64,000 nucleotides of DNA from positions 62,001-126,000 of the IMG/VR virus record IMGVR_UViG_3300027771_001853. One strand, 5' to 3'. Of the stretch, positions 17,677 through 26,863 are shown in pieces; position 1 is the first letter of the stretch; every line of letters starts with the position of its first letter. The notes below the pieces were generated by a model. That model was given only the letters and a program-made list of their open reading frames with translations, was not told where the DNA came from and made no database searches. The translations under genes were made by a program, and so were the position numbers.

Positions 17677-17681
17677 AACTT

Positions 17682-17897
17682 TTATTTGCTTTCATTGTTA
17701 TTATTTGTTCTAGCGACATAGTGTTCCCATAGTTCGATAGAGTTTATTGTTTGAGATAATTCACACAAAAGTTCTTTGCTTTTGGTTGTTTTTTGTACTG
17801 TATCCATATCTGGATGGTTGATTATACGTTCTAATTCTAACTCTAGTTTATCTCTACCTAGGGTTAAGTCTTGCTTAATTACATTAACTATTCTCAT
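17682..17897 (-). CDS. hypothetical protein
   Basis: ORF track 17682-17939; start moved to the ATG (MRIVNV) downstream of the promoter. Confidence 0.65.
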   Translation of the reverse strand: MRIVNVIKQDLTLGRDKLELELERIINHPDMDTVQKTTKSKELLCELSQTINSIELWEHYVARTNNNNESK

Positions 17898-17910
17898 GTA
17901 TTTTTTTCTA

Positions 17911-17939
17911 ATAATAATAGTAATAAGTTTTATTGTCAA
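17911..17939 (-). promoter_or_regulatory. canonical sigma70-like promoter
   Basis: TTGACA-N17-TATTAT, 13 nt upstream of ATG 17897. Confidence 0.65.
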
Positions 17940-18410
17940 CTATATTAAGCCAATATCCATAGTTTTATATAAATCTGTGTATATATCTAACTCAGATTTT
18001 GTTTTTATCCTATCCATTACAAATATATTTGTAAAAAAATACGTGGCTTTATCCATAACATCTTCTTGGTTGTCAGCGTTATAAAATGACTCGTCAAAGA
18101 AAGCCCAAAAATAATCATAGTGTTCTCCCCTACTTATAAACTCTATACCCTCCATAAGAAAAGATTTAAGTACTTTGTTCCAACACCAGTTGAAGTGGTT
18201 TATAATGTCCTCTTCGTTATCTAGAACGTCATGTCCTAGATACGTATCGTTAACCGTTATAATTAACGACTCTACAAAATCTAAAAATAATTCGGATTTT
18301 TCTGGTATAATATTATTAGCTTTATACCATAAATCAATATCACTAGCATTTAAAGGCTTAGTGATATAAGAAAAAAATTCTGATGGGTTTAATGGTGTTC
18401 TCTTTTCCAT
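17940..18410 (-). CDS. hypothetical protein
   Basis: ORF track 17940-18548; likely start MEKRTP at 18410, which avoids overlap; TYLG and HFNWCWNK motifs. Confidence 0.7.
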   Translation of the reverse strand: MEKRTPLNPSEFFSYITKPLNASDIDLWYKANNIIPEKSELFLDFVESLIITVNDTYLGHDVLDNEEDIINHFNWCWNKVLKSFLMEGIEFISRGEHYDYFWAFFDESFYNADNQEDVMDKATYFFTNIFVMDRIKTKSELDIYTDLYKTMDIGLI

Positions 18411-18447
18411 ACAAAAATTATAATAAAGTTTGTAAAGGAATAAAGTA

Positions 18448-19212
18448 TTATTGGGTTTTCTTATTATACCCAAATAGATGTTTAATCGTATCCATATCTT
18501 GATTAACTTCCTCCTTAAGTACTTTCCCTTTTTTAGTTGTAGACTCACTCGCTACAAAACCAGATTTTTGAACAAAGTTCCAGTCGTTTGGAACCCCTTC
18601 TACGTCTTTTAGTTTCTCAGCTTTTCTCTTAGCCTTAGCCCCTACACGTTTACCTAAGTCACTTGGTACTACATTCCCTAAAGCTTCACCGTCTTTGTCT
18701 TCCATAGCGTTACCTGTTTCAGATGAACCTTCTAGGTATTTTTTTACTCTATCTTTAAATTCTTTACTTGGTTCTGTGTCGTATTCTAAGTCTTCTAAAC
18801 CTCCACCTCTAAAATCGTCGATGTACTCTTGTTGTTTGTCGTCATTCCTATAATACTTATAAGTCCCACTTTTTGGGTCTACCGGTGAATTGTTTTGATG
18901 TGGGAACTCTGGGTTTGACGTATTTTCAATGTCTAGGTATTTTTTCAATTTCTTTTCCACAGCCTTCATTGCTGCAGTATTTTCTTTTCCAGAATCTTTG
19001 TGGACCTTACCGGTAAGTGTTATACCTGGTGTTTTACCTGTTTTACCACCACCTTTCTGTCCCATCCTCATTTGTTCTTTAACTAGAGTATCCACTATTC
19101 TGTCTTGCATGTTTTGTTTTGTGTTACCCTCGTTTGATATTTCTTCCGATATAATTTCTTTTGTTACTTTATGTAACATATTTTCTAGTAGTTGTAATTC
19201 TTCTTTTTTCAT
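18448..19212 (-). CDS. charged hypothetical protein, candidate head/scaffold-associated
   Basis: 254 aa; multiple [LI]xE motifs near the N-terminus (LLE, ISE, VKE). Confidence 0.7.
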   Translation of the reverse strand: MKKEELQLLENMLHKVTKEIISEEISNEGNTKQNMQDRIVDTLVKEQMRMGQKGGGKTGKTPGITLTGKVHKDSGKENTAAMKAVEKKLKKYLDIENTSNPEFPHQNNSPVDPKSGTYKYYRNDDKQQEYIDDFRGGGLEDLEYDTEPSKEFKDRVKKYLEGSSETGNAMEDKDGEALGNVVPSDLGKRVGAKAKRKAEKLKDVEGVPNDWNFVQKSGFVASESTTKKGKVLKEEVNQDMDTIKHLFGYNKKTQ

Positions 19213-19222
19213 ATTTTTGTTT

Positions 19223-20119
19223 TTAACTTTCGTATGGTGGTTTATTAGACCCCTTTATAGTAAATACTTTTCCGATTGGTAAATTCATTGGTGCTACCCC
19301 TACTATCCCAGCTTTAGGGTCAGTTACTGGTGATTTATAAAGACCTCGTCTTATTAATTCCTCACCTAACTCATCTTTTGTATAAACTTTAGTCCTTTCA
19401 CGTCCCTTTTCTTTCATTTTATCGACAAAACTAGAACCTTTTAATTCTTTTAATACCATTTTCTTTATAGTATTGGTTTTGATGGATGTTTTTTTAGCGA
19501 CTTCTTCTATAGCTTTCTTTACATTTTCATACTCAAAGAACTCCAAAGCGTTTATATCACCCTGATTACAGTATGGGAATTTTTTACATTTATCCTTAAC
19601 TTTAACATACTTAGCTCCTTCTCCACCATATTTTGGGAATTTAGGATTGAGGGCATTCCAGTTACCACCTTTTTGACCGTCTTTAGCCCACACTTGTGGT
19701 CCAGAGTATTGTCCAGAAGATGAACTAGTGGTTGCTTCATCTACCTCTAATGGTGTTATCTCTTCACCCATGTAATCTTTTACCTCCACATTTTTATGCC
19801 CTACTGTCTTTCCTCCTGGTCCTCCCCATTTTGGGAAGTTCTTGTCGGATACAGCTTTCCAATTTTTTTTATCTTTAGCCCACACTTGTGGTCCAGAGTA
19901 TTGTCCAGAAGATGAAGCTGTAGTGGCCTCATCCATTTCTTCTTCTTGTATTTCGTCTTCATCGGATTCTTTTTGTATCTTATCCATTTCTGACTTTACT
20001 GTACCATAAGCACTACCACTACTTTTTAAAGCATTACTAACCCCTAATTTTACCTCTGTGTCATATGTACGAGATATGTTAGGCATACTTGGTAAGTTTG
20101 ATTCTGTTATTGTTCCCAT
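19223..20119 (-). CDS. repeat-containing hypothetical protein, candidate processed head protein
   Basis: MGTITE leader; two DEATT(A/S)SSSGQYSGPQVWAKD units; KCKKFPYCNQG motif. Confidence 0.75.
   Translation of the reverse strand: MGTITESNLPSMPNISRTYDTEVKLGVSNALKSSGSAYGTVKSEMDKIQKESDEDEIQEEEMDEATTASSSGQYSGPQVWAKDKKNWKAVSDKNFPKWGGPGGKTVGHKNVEVKDYMGEEITPLEVDEATTSSSSGQYSGPQVWAKDGQKGGNWNALNPKFPKYGGEGAKYVKVKDKCKKFPYCNQGDINALEFFEYENVKKAIEEVAKKTSIKTNTIKKMVLKELKGSSFVDKMKEKGRERTKVYTKDELGEELIRRGLYKSPVTDPKAGIVGVAPMNLPIGKVFTIKGSNKPPYES
19680..19916. repeat. perfect 45-bp direct repeat (19680-19724 and 19872-19916)
   Basis: tctttagcccacacttgtggtccagagtattgtccagaagatgaa occurs twice, 192 bp apart and in frame. 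Confidence 0.9.
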
Positions 20120-20120
20120 A

Positions 20121-20360
20121 TTAACTAACTCTTTTAATTTGTGTGTCCCACATACTTCTTCTCATCCACAACGTTTTATATAATTCAACAATCACCTTAC
20201 TACATAACTCAACTATTCTTTTTTCGTTTCTTTTATCTTTAATCTCTTTCCTTACAGTATTAATAACCATATTCTGTAATTGAGTATTATTCAAAAAACT
20301 ACGCATTTCTTTCCTAGCTATCCTTTCAATTTTTAATTCGTCTGTCTTGGTAAGTGCCAT
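20121..20360 (-). CDS. hypothetical protein
   Basis: 79 aa ORF in operon. Confidence 0.7.
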   Translation of the reverse strand: MALTKTDELKIERIARKEMRSFLNNTQLQNMVINTVRKEIKDKRNEKRIVELCSKVIVELYKTLWMRRSMWDTQIKRVS

Positions 20361-20378
20361 TCTATATTCTTTTATCTA

Positions 20379-20693
20379 TTAACTTTTAATACCCCAACCA
20401 CCAATTCTTGGTTTCTTACCGATTTGTTGGTAGGTTCCTTTTCTAACCATCATTATTTCTATAGCTGTTAACGAGTCGGTTAAATCCATATATTTTTCTT
20501 TTGTTACCACATCAGAAACATTACCTTCATTATCTTTAATAACTTTAACTTCACCAACACTTTCATTAGATTTTAAATTCTGCATCAATATACTGGTGAA
20601 CTCTAATAAATCGCCTAGAGTCTGTTCTAAAGAGTTAACTCTTTCTTGTAGTGTTTCTATTTCTTGTGAAGTACTATTATCTGATTCTGGCAT
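20379..20693 (-). CDS. hypothetical protein
   Basis: 104 aa ORF; TATTTAT at 20712-20718 upstream. Confidence 0.65.
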   Translation of the reverse strand: MPESDNSTSQEIETLQERVNSLEQTLGDLLEFTSILMQNLKSNESVGEVKVIKDNEGNVSDVVTKEKYMDLTDSLTAIEIMMVRKGTYQQIGKKPRIGGWGIKS

Positions 20694-20735
20694 AAGTGGA
20701 TACTTTAGTATATAAATACATTAATTAATCGGTAT

Positions 20736-21110
20736 TTACTGAATTTTATCTAGAACTATTGCACTTGTTACAATAGTCGCCGCTCCAAGGAAAAAATGTA
20801 TAACAGGTTTGTTATACCATTTAGGTCTTAACTCTTTGGTTAAGTTAACATAAAGATTAATCCTATCGTTTAAAAGTACCTCATTTTCATTAAGATAAAG
20901 AACGTGTAAACTGTCCTGTTGGTGTAGTGTTTTATAATTTAACACCTGTTCATCTAAAATAGATATTTTTAATTTTTGTATACTGTCGTTATATTCGTAC
21001 ACTTGGAATAGGGAGTCCATTTGTTGTACCTCTTCTGCTGTAAACGTCTGTGTTTGAGTAAAGGCCCATATTGGGGTAAGGAACATTAAAATTATAATTA
21101 ACTTTTTCAT
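20736..21110 (-). CDS. secreted/membrane coiled-coil protein (spanin-like candidate)
   Basis: Signal peptide MKKLIIILMFLTPIWA, coiled coil, C-terminal hydrophobic helix. Confidence 0.55.
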   Translation of the reverse strand: MKKLIIILMFLTPIWAFTQTQTFTAEEVQQMDSLFQVYEYNDSIQKLKISILDEQVLNYKTLHQQDSLHVLYLNENEVLLNDRINLYVNLTKELRPKWYNKPVIHFFLGAATIVTSAIVLDKIQ

Positions 21111-21115
21111 GTCTA

Positions 21116-21430
21116 TTATTTTTTAAGTCTACCCCTTAATGCTTTTGCTGAGTTGGTTGGGGTTTTCTTTTTAATTGTTATAGGTTTAGAGTTGTTAACC
21201 TTTTTAAGTTTCTTATTAGTTTTAGATATTTTATTTTTAGTAACTTCTTTTTCTTTTTTTACAGCATTAATCTTTTTCTGTACTTTCTTAGTTTTCTTTT
21301 CGTTACTTTTTATATCTTTCTTAAGTTTTTTAACTTTCTTACTTGTGTTAGCATTCATAAACCATACAAGTCCCACGAAGAACCCAATAGCCCCTATTAT
21401 CCATTTCCAAGATTTTTTAATAAATTCCAT
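21116..21430 (-). CDS. N-terminal TM plus Lys-rich coiled coil (i-spanin-like candidate)
   Basis: WKWIIGAIGFFVGLVWFM followed by K-rich heptads. Confidence 0.55.
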   Translation of the reverse strand: MEFIKKSWKWIIGAIGFFVGLVWFMNANTSKKVKKLKKDIKSNEKKTKKVQKKINAVKKEKEVTKNKISKTNKKLKKVNNSKPITIKKKTPTNSAKALRGRLKK

Positions 21431-21440
21431 ATTTTCTATT

Positions 21441-22052
21441 TTATTGTTCTAATGATGGTTCCGGGGTATCACTTTCTCCTTCCGCACCTTCTTCTGTTAC
21501 TTTTCTTCCAGCCAAAATAGCTGCCCACTTTGCGTTGAATTGGTTGTAGTACTCTTTTAGTTTTCCAAGTATCTCCATCATATCATCGTCTATCTTAATC
21601 ATTTTGGCGTTTATGTATACTCCGTTACTCTCACCTATAGTATAAAAATACTCTAAAGAGAACCTATCTAAAGTTCCTGACCAAGATATATCATTTTTAT
21701 ATATGTTAAGGGAACCATAAGTTGTTAAATCCGATACCTGTTCTACAAACTCATCCATAGTTTCCTGGTATGTACTCTTTTCCTCATCAGTTAAAGTTAA
21801 ATCACCTTCTGTAAGACCGTGAACTATAATCATGCCGTTAGACACTCTATACTCTCTAACTTTCTCTTCTCTCTCTACTTGTTTATCTACAGTAACATCC
21901 ACATCTTGTTCTTTATATTCTGGATTACTCTGTTCGGTTAATTTACTTAAACCTATCCAATGTTTTATATCATCGAACTGTTGGTCTCTGAATTTAGAGC
22001 CAACTGATTGTTGGTTCATAAAACTTCTTGGGTCGTATCTTTGTCTACTCAT
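21441..22052 (-). CDS. hypothetical protein
   Basis: 203 aa ORF, ATGA overlap with the amidase gene. Confidence 0.7.
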   Translation of the reverse strand: MSRQRYDPRSFMNQQSVGSKFRDQQFDDIKHWIGLSKLTEQSNPEYKEQDVDVTVDKQVEREEKVREYRVSNGMIIVHGLTEGDLTLTDEEKSTYQETMDEFVEQVSDLTTYGSLNIYKNDISWSGTLDRFSLEYFYTIGESNGVYINAKMIKIDDDMMEILGKLKEYYNQFNAKWAAILAGRKVTEEGAEGESDTPEPSLEQ

Positions 22053-22675
22053 ATTTCTATTTTTTCAAAATCAAACGAAGGGTTAAGGTCTGTAAAATAT
22101 TCACTATAATTACTTTTAGACGTTATTCCTTCAAAATTATTAACACCTCTTAGTTTAACATTATGTCCTGTTAACTCATATGGGATAGAAAATCTAACTG
22201 TTAAGTTTACTAATAATTTTCTTAATGCCTCATACTGTTCTTCAGTATAAGGGTCCCATAACACATGGTTTCTCCATCTTTTTTCAAAAGGTTCTCTATG
22301 ATAAATATCCCCAACCCAGTTCATATACCTTTTTCTTTTTCTATCTTCAGTTAACCACCCAATATTTTCCAAACAAATAACAATATTTCTCTTATCTAAA
22401 GAAGTATTACCCATATAACCACTTCTATAAGCTGGGTCAAAATTTTCTATTATTTCACCATTTTTTTTAACAAAATAAGATGGTATCTTATTATATTTAC
22501 CACCCATACGGGTCAATAAACCTCTATAGTAATTTTCGAAATACCTGGTACTGTGACATAATACTATCTGTTTTTTAATGTCTTTTTCCTTAACGATTTT
22601 GAACTCTACTTTGGATTTACTGTCTATCCTTGGTATATCTAAGTATTTTGGTTGTTTCTTCGTTCGATTTTTCAT
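22049..22675 (-). CDS. N-acetylmuramoyl-L-alanine amidase-like (Amidase_2 fold), Zn ligands atypical
   Basis: QIVLCHST, YFVKKNGEI, IVICLEN, YTEEQYEAL, LTGHN, DLNPSFDF. Confidence 0.7.
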   Translation of the reverse strand: MKNRTKKQPKYLDIPRIDSKSKVEFKIVKEKDIKKQIVLCHSTRYFENYYRGLLTRMGGKYNKIPSYFVKKNGEIIENFDPAYRSGYMGNTSLDKRNIVICLENIGWLTEDRKRKRYMNWVGDIYHREPFEKRWRNHVLWDPYTEEQYEALRKLLVNLTVRFSIPYELTGHNVKLRGVNNFEGITSKSNYSEYFTDLNPSFDFEKIEI

Positions 22676-23966
22676 CTGTTATGGTTTCCTCCGAGTTATC
22701 ATCTAATTCTTTTACAATTAGGGTCTGTGTGGTGTCTGTGAGTCTTTCTGGTTCCCCAGTATACTCTTCTTCATTTTTAAACTTACTACACTCTTCCAAA
22801 TCTGTAAAGTACTCTTCCCCCCTCATTTCTTGGTGTTCTTTTCCGTAGTGTAAACCATCATTACCGTTTTGTCCTATTATATTCATTCTTTCCTCACCCT
22901 CTTCTTGTAGTGGGTTGTCTTTACCGGTCATATCTTTATAATAAGGATTTAATTCTCCTGTTTGTGGGTCATGTGTTGGTATTGTGTAGGGTTTATTGAA
23001 CCCCATCCCTTCTGGTGCTGACATTTCAGCTTCGTATGCTCTTAGTAATGATTCACCTTCTTCATCGAAGCAGTCATCATCAACACATTCTTCCTCCATT
23101 ACAATCTTTTCTAATTCTTTATTTCTTCTTTTGAAGTACTCTTCTGTTTCGTCTTCTTCGGGTTTTTTTATTTGAGCGAATGCCATATTAGAAGCTACAA
23201 CTAATGCTATAGCCAATGGGTCAAACACAAATATAATAAGTAATAAAAACCAGTTAACTACTTGACCCATTGGGTAACCGGTTGTTTCAGCTAGATACTT
23301 AAGTGGTCCCAATTCACTTTCAGCTTCATTGGATATCTCTTTATCTAGTAGTACCATATCAGTTCTATTAATTGAGTCCATTACCGCTTCTATCTTAAGG
23401 TTAATACCATCCCTATCCTCTATTGTAGTTTTTAATTCCGATTGTAACGCTCTTCTTGCTGAGCTGGATGTTGAGGTAATTACTGTTTCGGAATTTTTAT
23501 CGTACCATGACACTTGCTGTGGGTTAGATAATGACATTCTTAAATCTGAAATTGATTTATTTATTTGGGTTTTCTCAATAGTTAAATCTTTTTTTGTTTC
23601 TTGGAACCTGATTTGTTTCTGGTTAATGATTAAAAGTGATTTATCCAATAACTCTGATTGGGTGGCGGTTGATTGGTATGCCCCAGATAAGAACCCGTAT
23701 ATCCCACCTGATGTTATAACCATCAAAACAAAACAGGCTACCATAAGATAAGCTTTTAATATTTTACCTATTGTGTCCCAGTACTGATACAACAAAGACG
23801 CTACAACTAACTTAGCGAACTCTAAAGAACCAGCCATTATGATTACTTGTGTTGCTGCTCCAGCAAATAATTTACTTAACCCAAATACCGAATAAAAGGC
23901 AGCGGACCCTGAAACCGCTAAAGCGGATAAAGCTACCAATAAGGGGAAAAGTCTTTTTTTCATCAC
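22617..23966 (-). CDS. multi-TM membrane protein with long coiled coil and acidic tail
   Basis: Three N-terminal TM helices (SAAFYSVFGL, SLEFAKLV, ITSGGIYGFLS), coiled coil, ELGPLKYLA, IIFVFDPLAIALV. Confidence 0.75.
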   Translation of the reverse strand: MMKKRLFPLLVALSALAVSGSAAFYSVFGLSKLFAGAATQVIIMAGSLEFAKLVVASLLYQYWDTIGKILKAYLMVACFVLMVITSGGIYGFLSGAYQSTATQSELLDKSLLIINQKQIRFQETKKDLTIEKTQINKSISDLRMSLSNPQQVSWYDKNSETVITSTSSSARRALQSELKTTIEDRDGINLKIEAVMDSINRTDMVLLDKEISNEAESELGPLKYLAETTGYPMGQVVNWFLLLIIFVFDPLAIALVVASNMAFAQIKKPEEDETEEYFKRRNKELEKIVMEEECVDDDCFDEEGESLLRAYEAEMSAPEGMGFNKPYTIPTHDPQTGELNPYYKDMTGKDNPLQEEGEERMNIIGQNGNDGLHYGKEHQEMRGEEYFTDLEECSKFKNEEEYTGEPERLTDTTQTLIVKELDDNSEETITDEKSNEETTKILRYTKDRQ

Positions 23967-23992
23967 GTTTATTTATTAACTATAAATAGTTA

Positions 23993-24787
23993 TTAATCCA
24001 TATAATCAAGAAGAGTTTCACTTTCGTTTCTTAATTTCCTTAACGCTTTCTCTTTTATTTGTCTTACCCTTTCTTTAGTAAGACTAAAATCTAAACCAAT
24101 ATCCGATAATGTTTTAGGTACACCCATTAAACCAAAATAATCCACAACTATTATTTTCTCTCTTTCATCCAAAACATTTAGTATACGTTTTAACTCTGAC
24201 TTTAGACTTTCTTTGGTTTGGAATACATCTTCTGGGTTATCCGCTTCTTTGTTTTCTATTAAATCTAATATAGTGTCACCATCTTCATTTATAGGTCTAT
24301 CATATTTAAAAGTTGTGGGTAAACTTTGTAATTTAGCGTCCAACTCCTTCCCTTCCTGTTTAAGTACTTTTTTAGCCTTTTGTAAGTCTTGTACAACATT
24401 AGCTGGTAACCTAATTGTTCTAGAATGTTCATTTAAACATTGTAATATAGATTGTTTTACCCACCATACAGCGTATGATATAAACCTATACCCCCTAGAC
24501 CAATCAAAATTCTTTATAGCCTTTAACAAACCAAAATTCCCTTCAGCTATTAAATCAGCTAAAGGTATTCCCTGGTTTTGATATTCTTTTGCTACGGTAA
24601 TAACGAATCTTAAGTTCCCTATTATGATTTCGTTCTCAACAGCAGCTTTTTCTAGGTCTGTAGGGTCGTTTTGTATAATTTTAGATATTTCTTTTTCTCT
24701 AGCTGGTGTCATCACTTTTAACTTACGTAAGTCTTTTAGGTATTCAGCTATCTCTTCTTGGTTGATGTGGTAGTTACTTTTTGCCAT
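23993..24787 (-). CDS. RNA polymerase sigma-70 family factor (RpoD/SigA-like, no region 1.1)
   Basis: NLRFVITVAKEYQNQG..LADLIAEGNFGL.KA, FISYAVWWVKQSI, RTIRLP, LTKERVRQIKEKALRKLR. Confidence 0.95.
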   Translation of the reverse strand: MAKSNYHINQEEIAEYLKDLRKLKVMTPAREKEISKIIQNDPTDLEKAAVENEIIIGNLRFVITVAKEYQNQGIPLADLIAEGNFGLLKAIKNFDWSRGYRFISYAVWWVKQSILQCLNEHSRTIRLPANVVQDLQKAKKVLKQEGKELDAKLQSLPTTFKYDRPINEDGDTILDLIENKEADNPEDVFQTKESLKSELKRILNVLDEREKIIVVDYFGLMGVPKTLSDIGLDFSLTKERVRQIKEKALRKLRNESETLLDYMD

Positions 24788-25361
24788 AATTTTTTAAAAA
24801 TTTTAATTCTACTTTAGTTAGTGATTCTTTTCCGTTTTCCAGTATTTTATCAAGTATAGTGTCTAAATCATATTTAATAATTTCATGAGGTTCTTGTGGG
24901 TCCCAATTTTCTTTATCTATGAAGTTTTCTTCCCAATTACCAAATTCTTTAAACAACTTTGAGATTTCTCCTTTGAATAGGTCGTCTATCTTTGGGACTC
25001 TATTTGTACCTTCTGGTTTCGGGTTTTCATATTTAAAAAAGGGGTCAGTGTTTTTATCTAGTTTAAATATGTGTTCTTCTAAGTCATCATCTAAACGATA
25101 CCCCATATTTCTAGGTGTTGGTATTAAGAAAAAAGCTGTAACCTCTTTACCGAAACTTATCTCTATATACGTTGTTATCTCAACTAAGGTTTCATAAGAT
25201 TGGAAGTGAGCGATTAATGACCTCTCCCCATATATGAATTTTAGGTACTTACTCTCCATAACAGGTTTCATTATTTCTGAAACCTCTTTTGTTATATGTG
25301 CTAATGTTTCCCATTCTCCGTATAGAAACAACATATACTTTTTTCTTCTTCCTTTTTTCAT
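24774..25361 (-). CDS. hypothetical protein with C-terminal DUF6576-like motif
   Basis: C-terminus LDTILDKILENGKESLTKVELKFL. Confidence 0.6.
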   Translation of the reverse strand: MKKGRRKKYMLFLYGEWETLAHITKEVSEIMKPVMESKYLKFIYGERSLIAHFQSYETLVEITTYIEISFGKEVTAFFLIPTPRNMGYRLDDDLEEHIFKLDKNTDPFFKYENPKPEGTNRVPKIDDLFKGEISKLFKEFGNWEENFIDKENWDPQEPHEIIKYDLDTILDKILENGKESLTKVELKFLKNYGKK

Positions 25362-25386
25362 TTATTTTTTATATTTAAATTTAATA

Positions 25387-25417
25387 CAAAAGTACTAATA
25401 TTTATTTAATGTACAAA
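25387..25417 (-). promoter_or_regulatory. Bacteroidota-type promoter driving the DUF6576-sigma factor operon
   Basis: TTTG-N19-TACTTTTG on the minus strand, 25 nt upstream of ATG 25361. Confidence 0.7.
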
Positions 25418-25465
25418 TATTGTACCATTAATAATTTTTACAAATATACAGAAATTTTGTCATAT

Positions 25466-25801
25466 ATGAAAAAAAATATACTAGTAACTGAGGAACAATT
25501 AGATAGACTTTTAGATAAAAGACTAAAAGAAGATAAACCTGTCGACGATATACCAGGATTCGAAGGAACCATGGAAAAATTAGATGGGTTATATAACTCC
25601 ACTAATAGAAGATTTAGAGTTTCTATCTATTACGATATTAATGTACCTGATTCTGGTGATTTAGAAGTTGACCGTGAAATAGCCACAAAAATAGCAGATT
25701 CTGATAGAAAGCGAATGAGGAATATGGAAACTTACGTTGGTGGTGCGGCTTGGCGTCCTTCTGGTGGTTTTCCACCTCAAGAAGAATTAGACCGTCTATA
25801 G
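25466..25801 (+). CDS. small protein with N-terminal leader (MKKNILVTEEQLDRLL)
   Basis: ORF track 25409-25801; ATG 25466 gives a leader like those of 10610 and 32536. Confidence 0.7.
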   Translation: MKKNILVTEEQLDRLLDKRLKEDKPVDDIPGFEGTMEKLDGLYNSTNRRFRVSIYYDINVPDSGDLEVDREIATKIADSDRKRMRNMETYVGGAAWRPSGGFPPQEELDRL

Positions 25802-25811
25802 TAGGCCCCTA

Positions 25812-26849
25812 TCAAAGGGATAGGAAATTTTCTAAAGTTTTCATGTTTACAGTATTCAATATCTTATTGTATCTAGCTACCATATAAGGACCACTCCTTA
25901 ATTCACCAAATAGTTCGGTAACATCTAAACCATACTCTTTATCGTGTCCCTTCCTATCTTCTACGTACTCAAACTTTAATTTGTTACCACTAGACTGATT
26001 AATCATTTGGATTATTTTATTATTAGTGAATCTTTGTCTACTACCTATATTAAATTCTCTCCATTTGGTTGGTCCCAGGGTTAAAGTGAAGATTATAGAA
26101 CAGTTATCTTCTACATGTATCCATTCTCTGATTTGTTCCCCGTCACCATATACTGACATTTTGTCATCTGTCCCCACAAGACTTAAAGCCTTTGGTATGA
26201 ACTTCTCTTTGTGTTGTCCTGTCCCAAAATTATTACAACTCCTTAATATAAGTGTGGGTGTGTAGTATGTTTTAGCACAAGATTCCACTAACATTTCTGC
26301 TGCTGATTTACTAGCGGAGTAATAAGAACTAGGTAATCTATTATCGGTTTCTTTACTAGTTCTCTTAGGTCTTTTCCACGATATGTCACCGTAAACCTCG
26401 TCCGTTGAGATTTGTACGAATTTTTTTAGTTTTTTATTTTCTCTACAGATTTCCAACAAATTAAAAACCCCTTCCGTATTACTCCTTATAAACGGTCTCC
26501 CATCTTTTATAGAATTATCCACATGTGTTTCTGCTGCAAAATTTATTAAGTAATCAAACTCACCTAAATCTTCAGAGGTAACATCACAAATATCTTTTTC
26601 TAGTACATCAAACGAATTACTTAAGTAGTTAGGTATATCACCATGACCTTCAAGAGTACTAGTCCCTTTTTTATATCTTAGACCTAACTTTGTTTCTTCA
26701 AAACCATTATCTAATAATCTATTCTTATCCGCAGCGTAAGTGTTTTTATCAATTAATAAAAAATCTGCCATATCTGGTAAATTTTCTACACAAGTTTTAA
26801 GAAATTGTGCCCCTATAAAACCAAATGCCCCTGTAATTACTATTCTCAT
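25812..26849 (-). CDS. rfbB: dTDP-glucose 4,6-dehydratase
   Basis: ITGAFGFIG, DKNTYAA, NFAAETHVDNSI, STDEVYG, YSASK, NNFG..QHKEKFIP, GDGEQIREWIHVED, DRKGHD. Confidence 0.9.
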   Translation of the reverse strand: MRIVITGAFGFIGAQFLKTCVENLPDMADFLLIDKNTYAADKNRLLDNGFEETKLGLRYKKGTSTLEGHGDIPNYLSNSFDVLEKDICDVTSEDLGEFDYLINFAAETHVDNSIKDGRPFIRSNTEGVFNLLEICRENKKLKKFVQISTDEVYGDISWKRPKRTSKETDNRLPSSYYSASKSAAEMLVESCAKTYYTPTLILRSCNNFGTGQHKEKFIPKALSLVGTDDKMSVYGDGEQIREWIHVEDNCSIIFTLTLGPTKWREFNIGSRQRFTNNKIIQMINQSSGNKLKFEYVEDRKGHDKEYGLDVTELFGELRSGPYMVARYNKILNTVNMKTLENFLSL

Positions 26850-26863
26850 TTTTTTACTTTTTT

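Noticed and set aside
19680-19916. 45-bp direct repeat as a CRISPR mini-array or att site
   Set aside because: Only two copies, in frame inside a coding sequence, 147-bp spacer, no integrase in the window
25808-25826. CCTATC/GATAGG hairpin at a convergent gene junction
   Set aside because: Only a 6-bp stem and no clear U-tract; too weak to call a terminator
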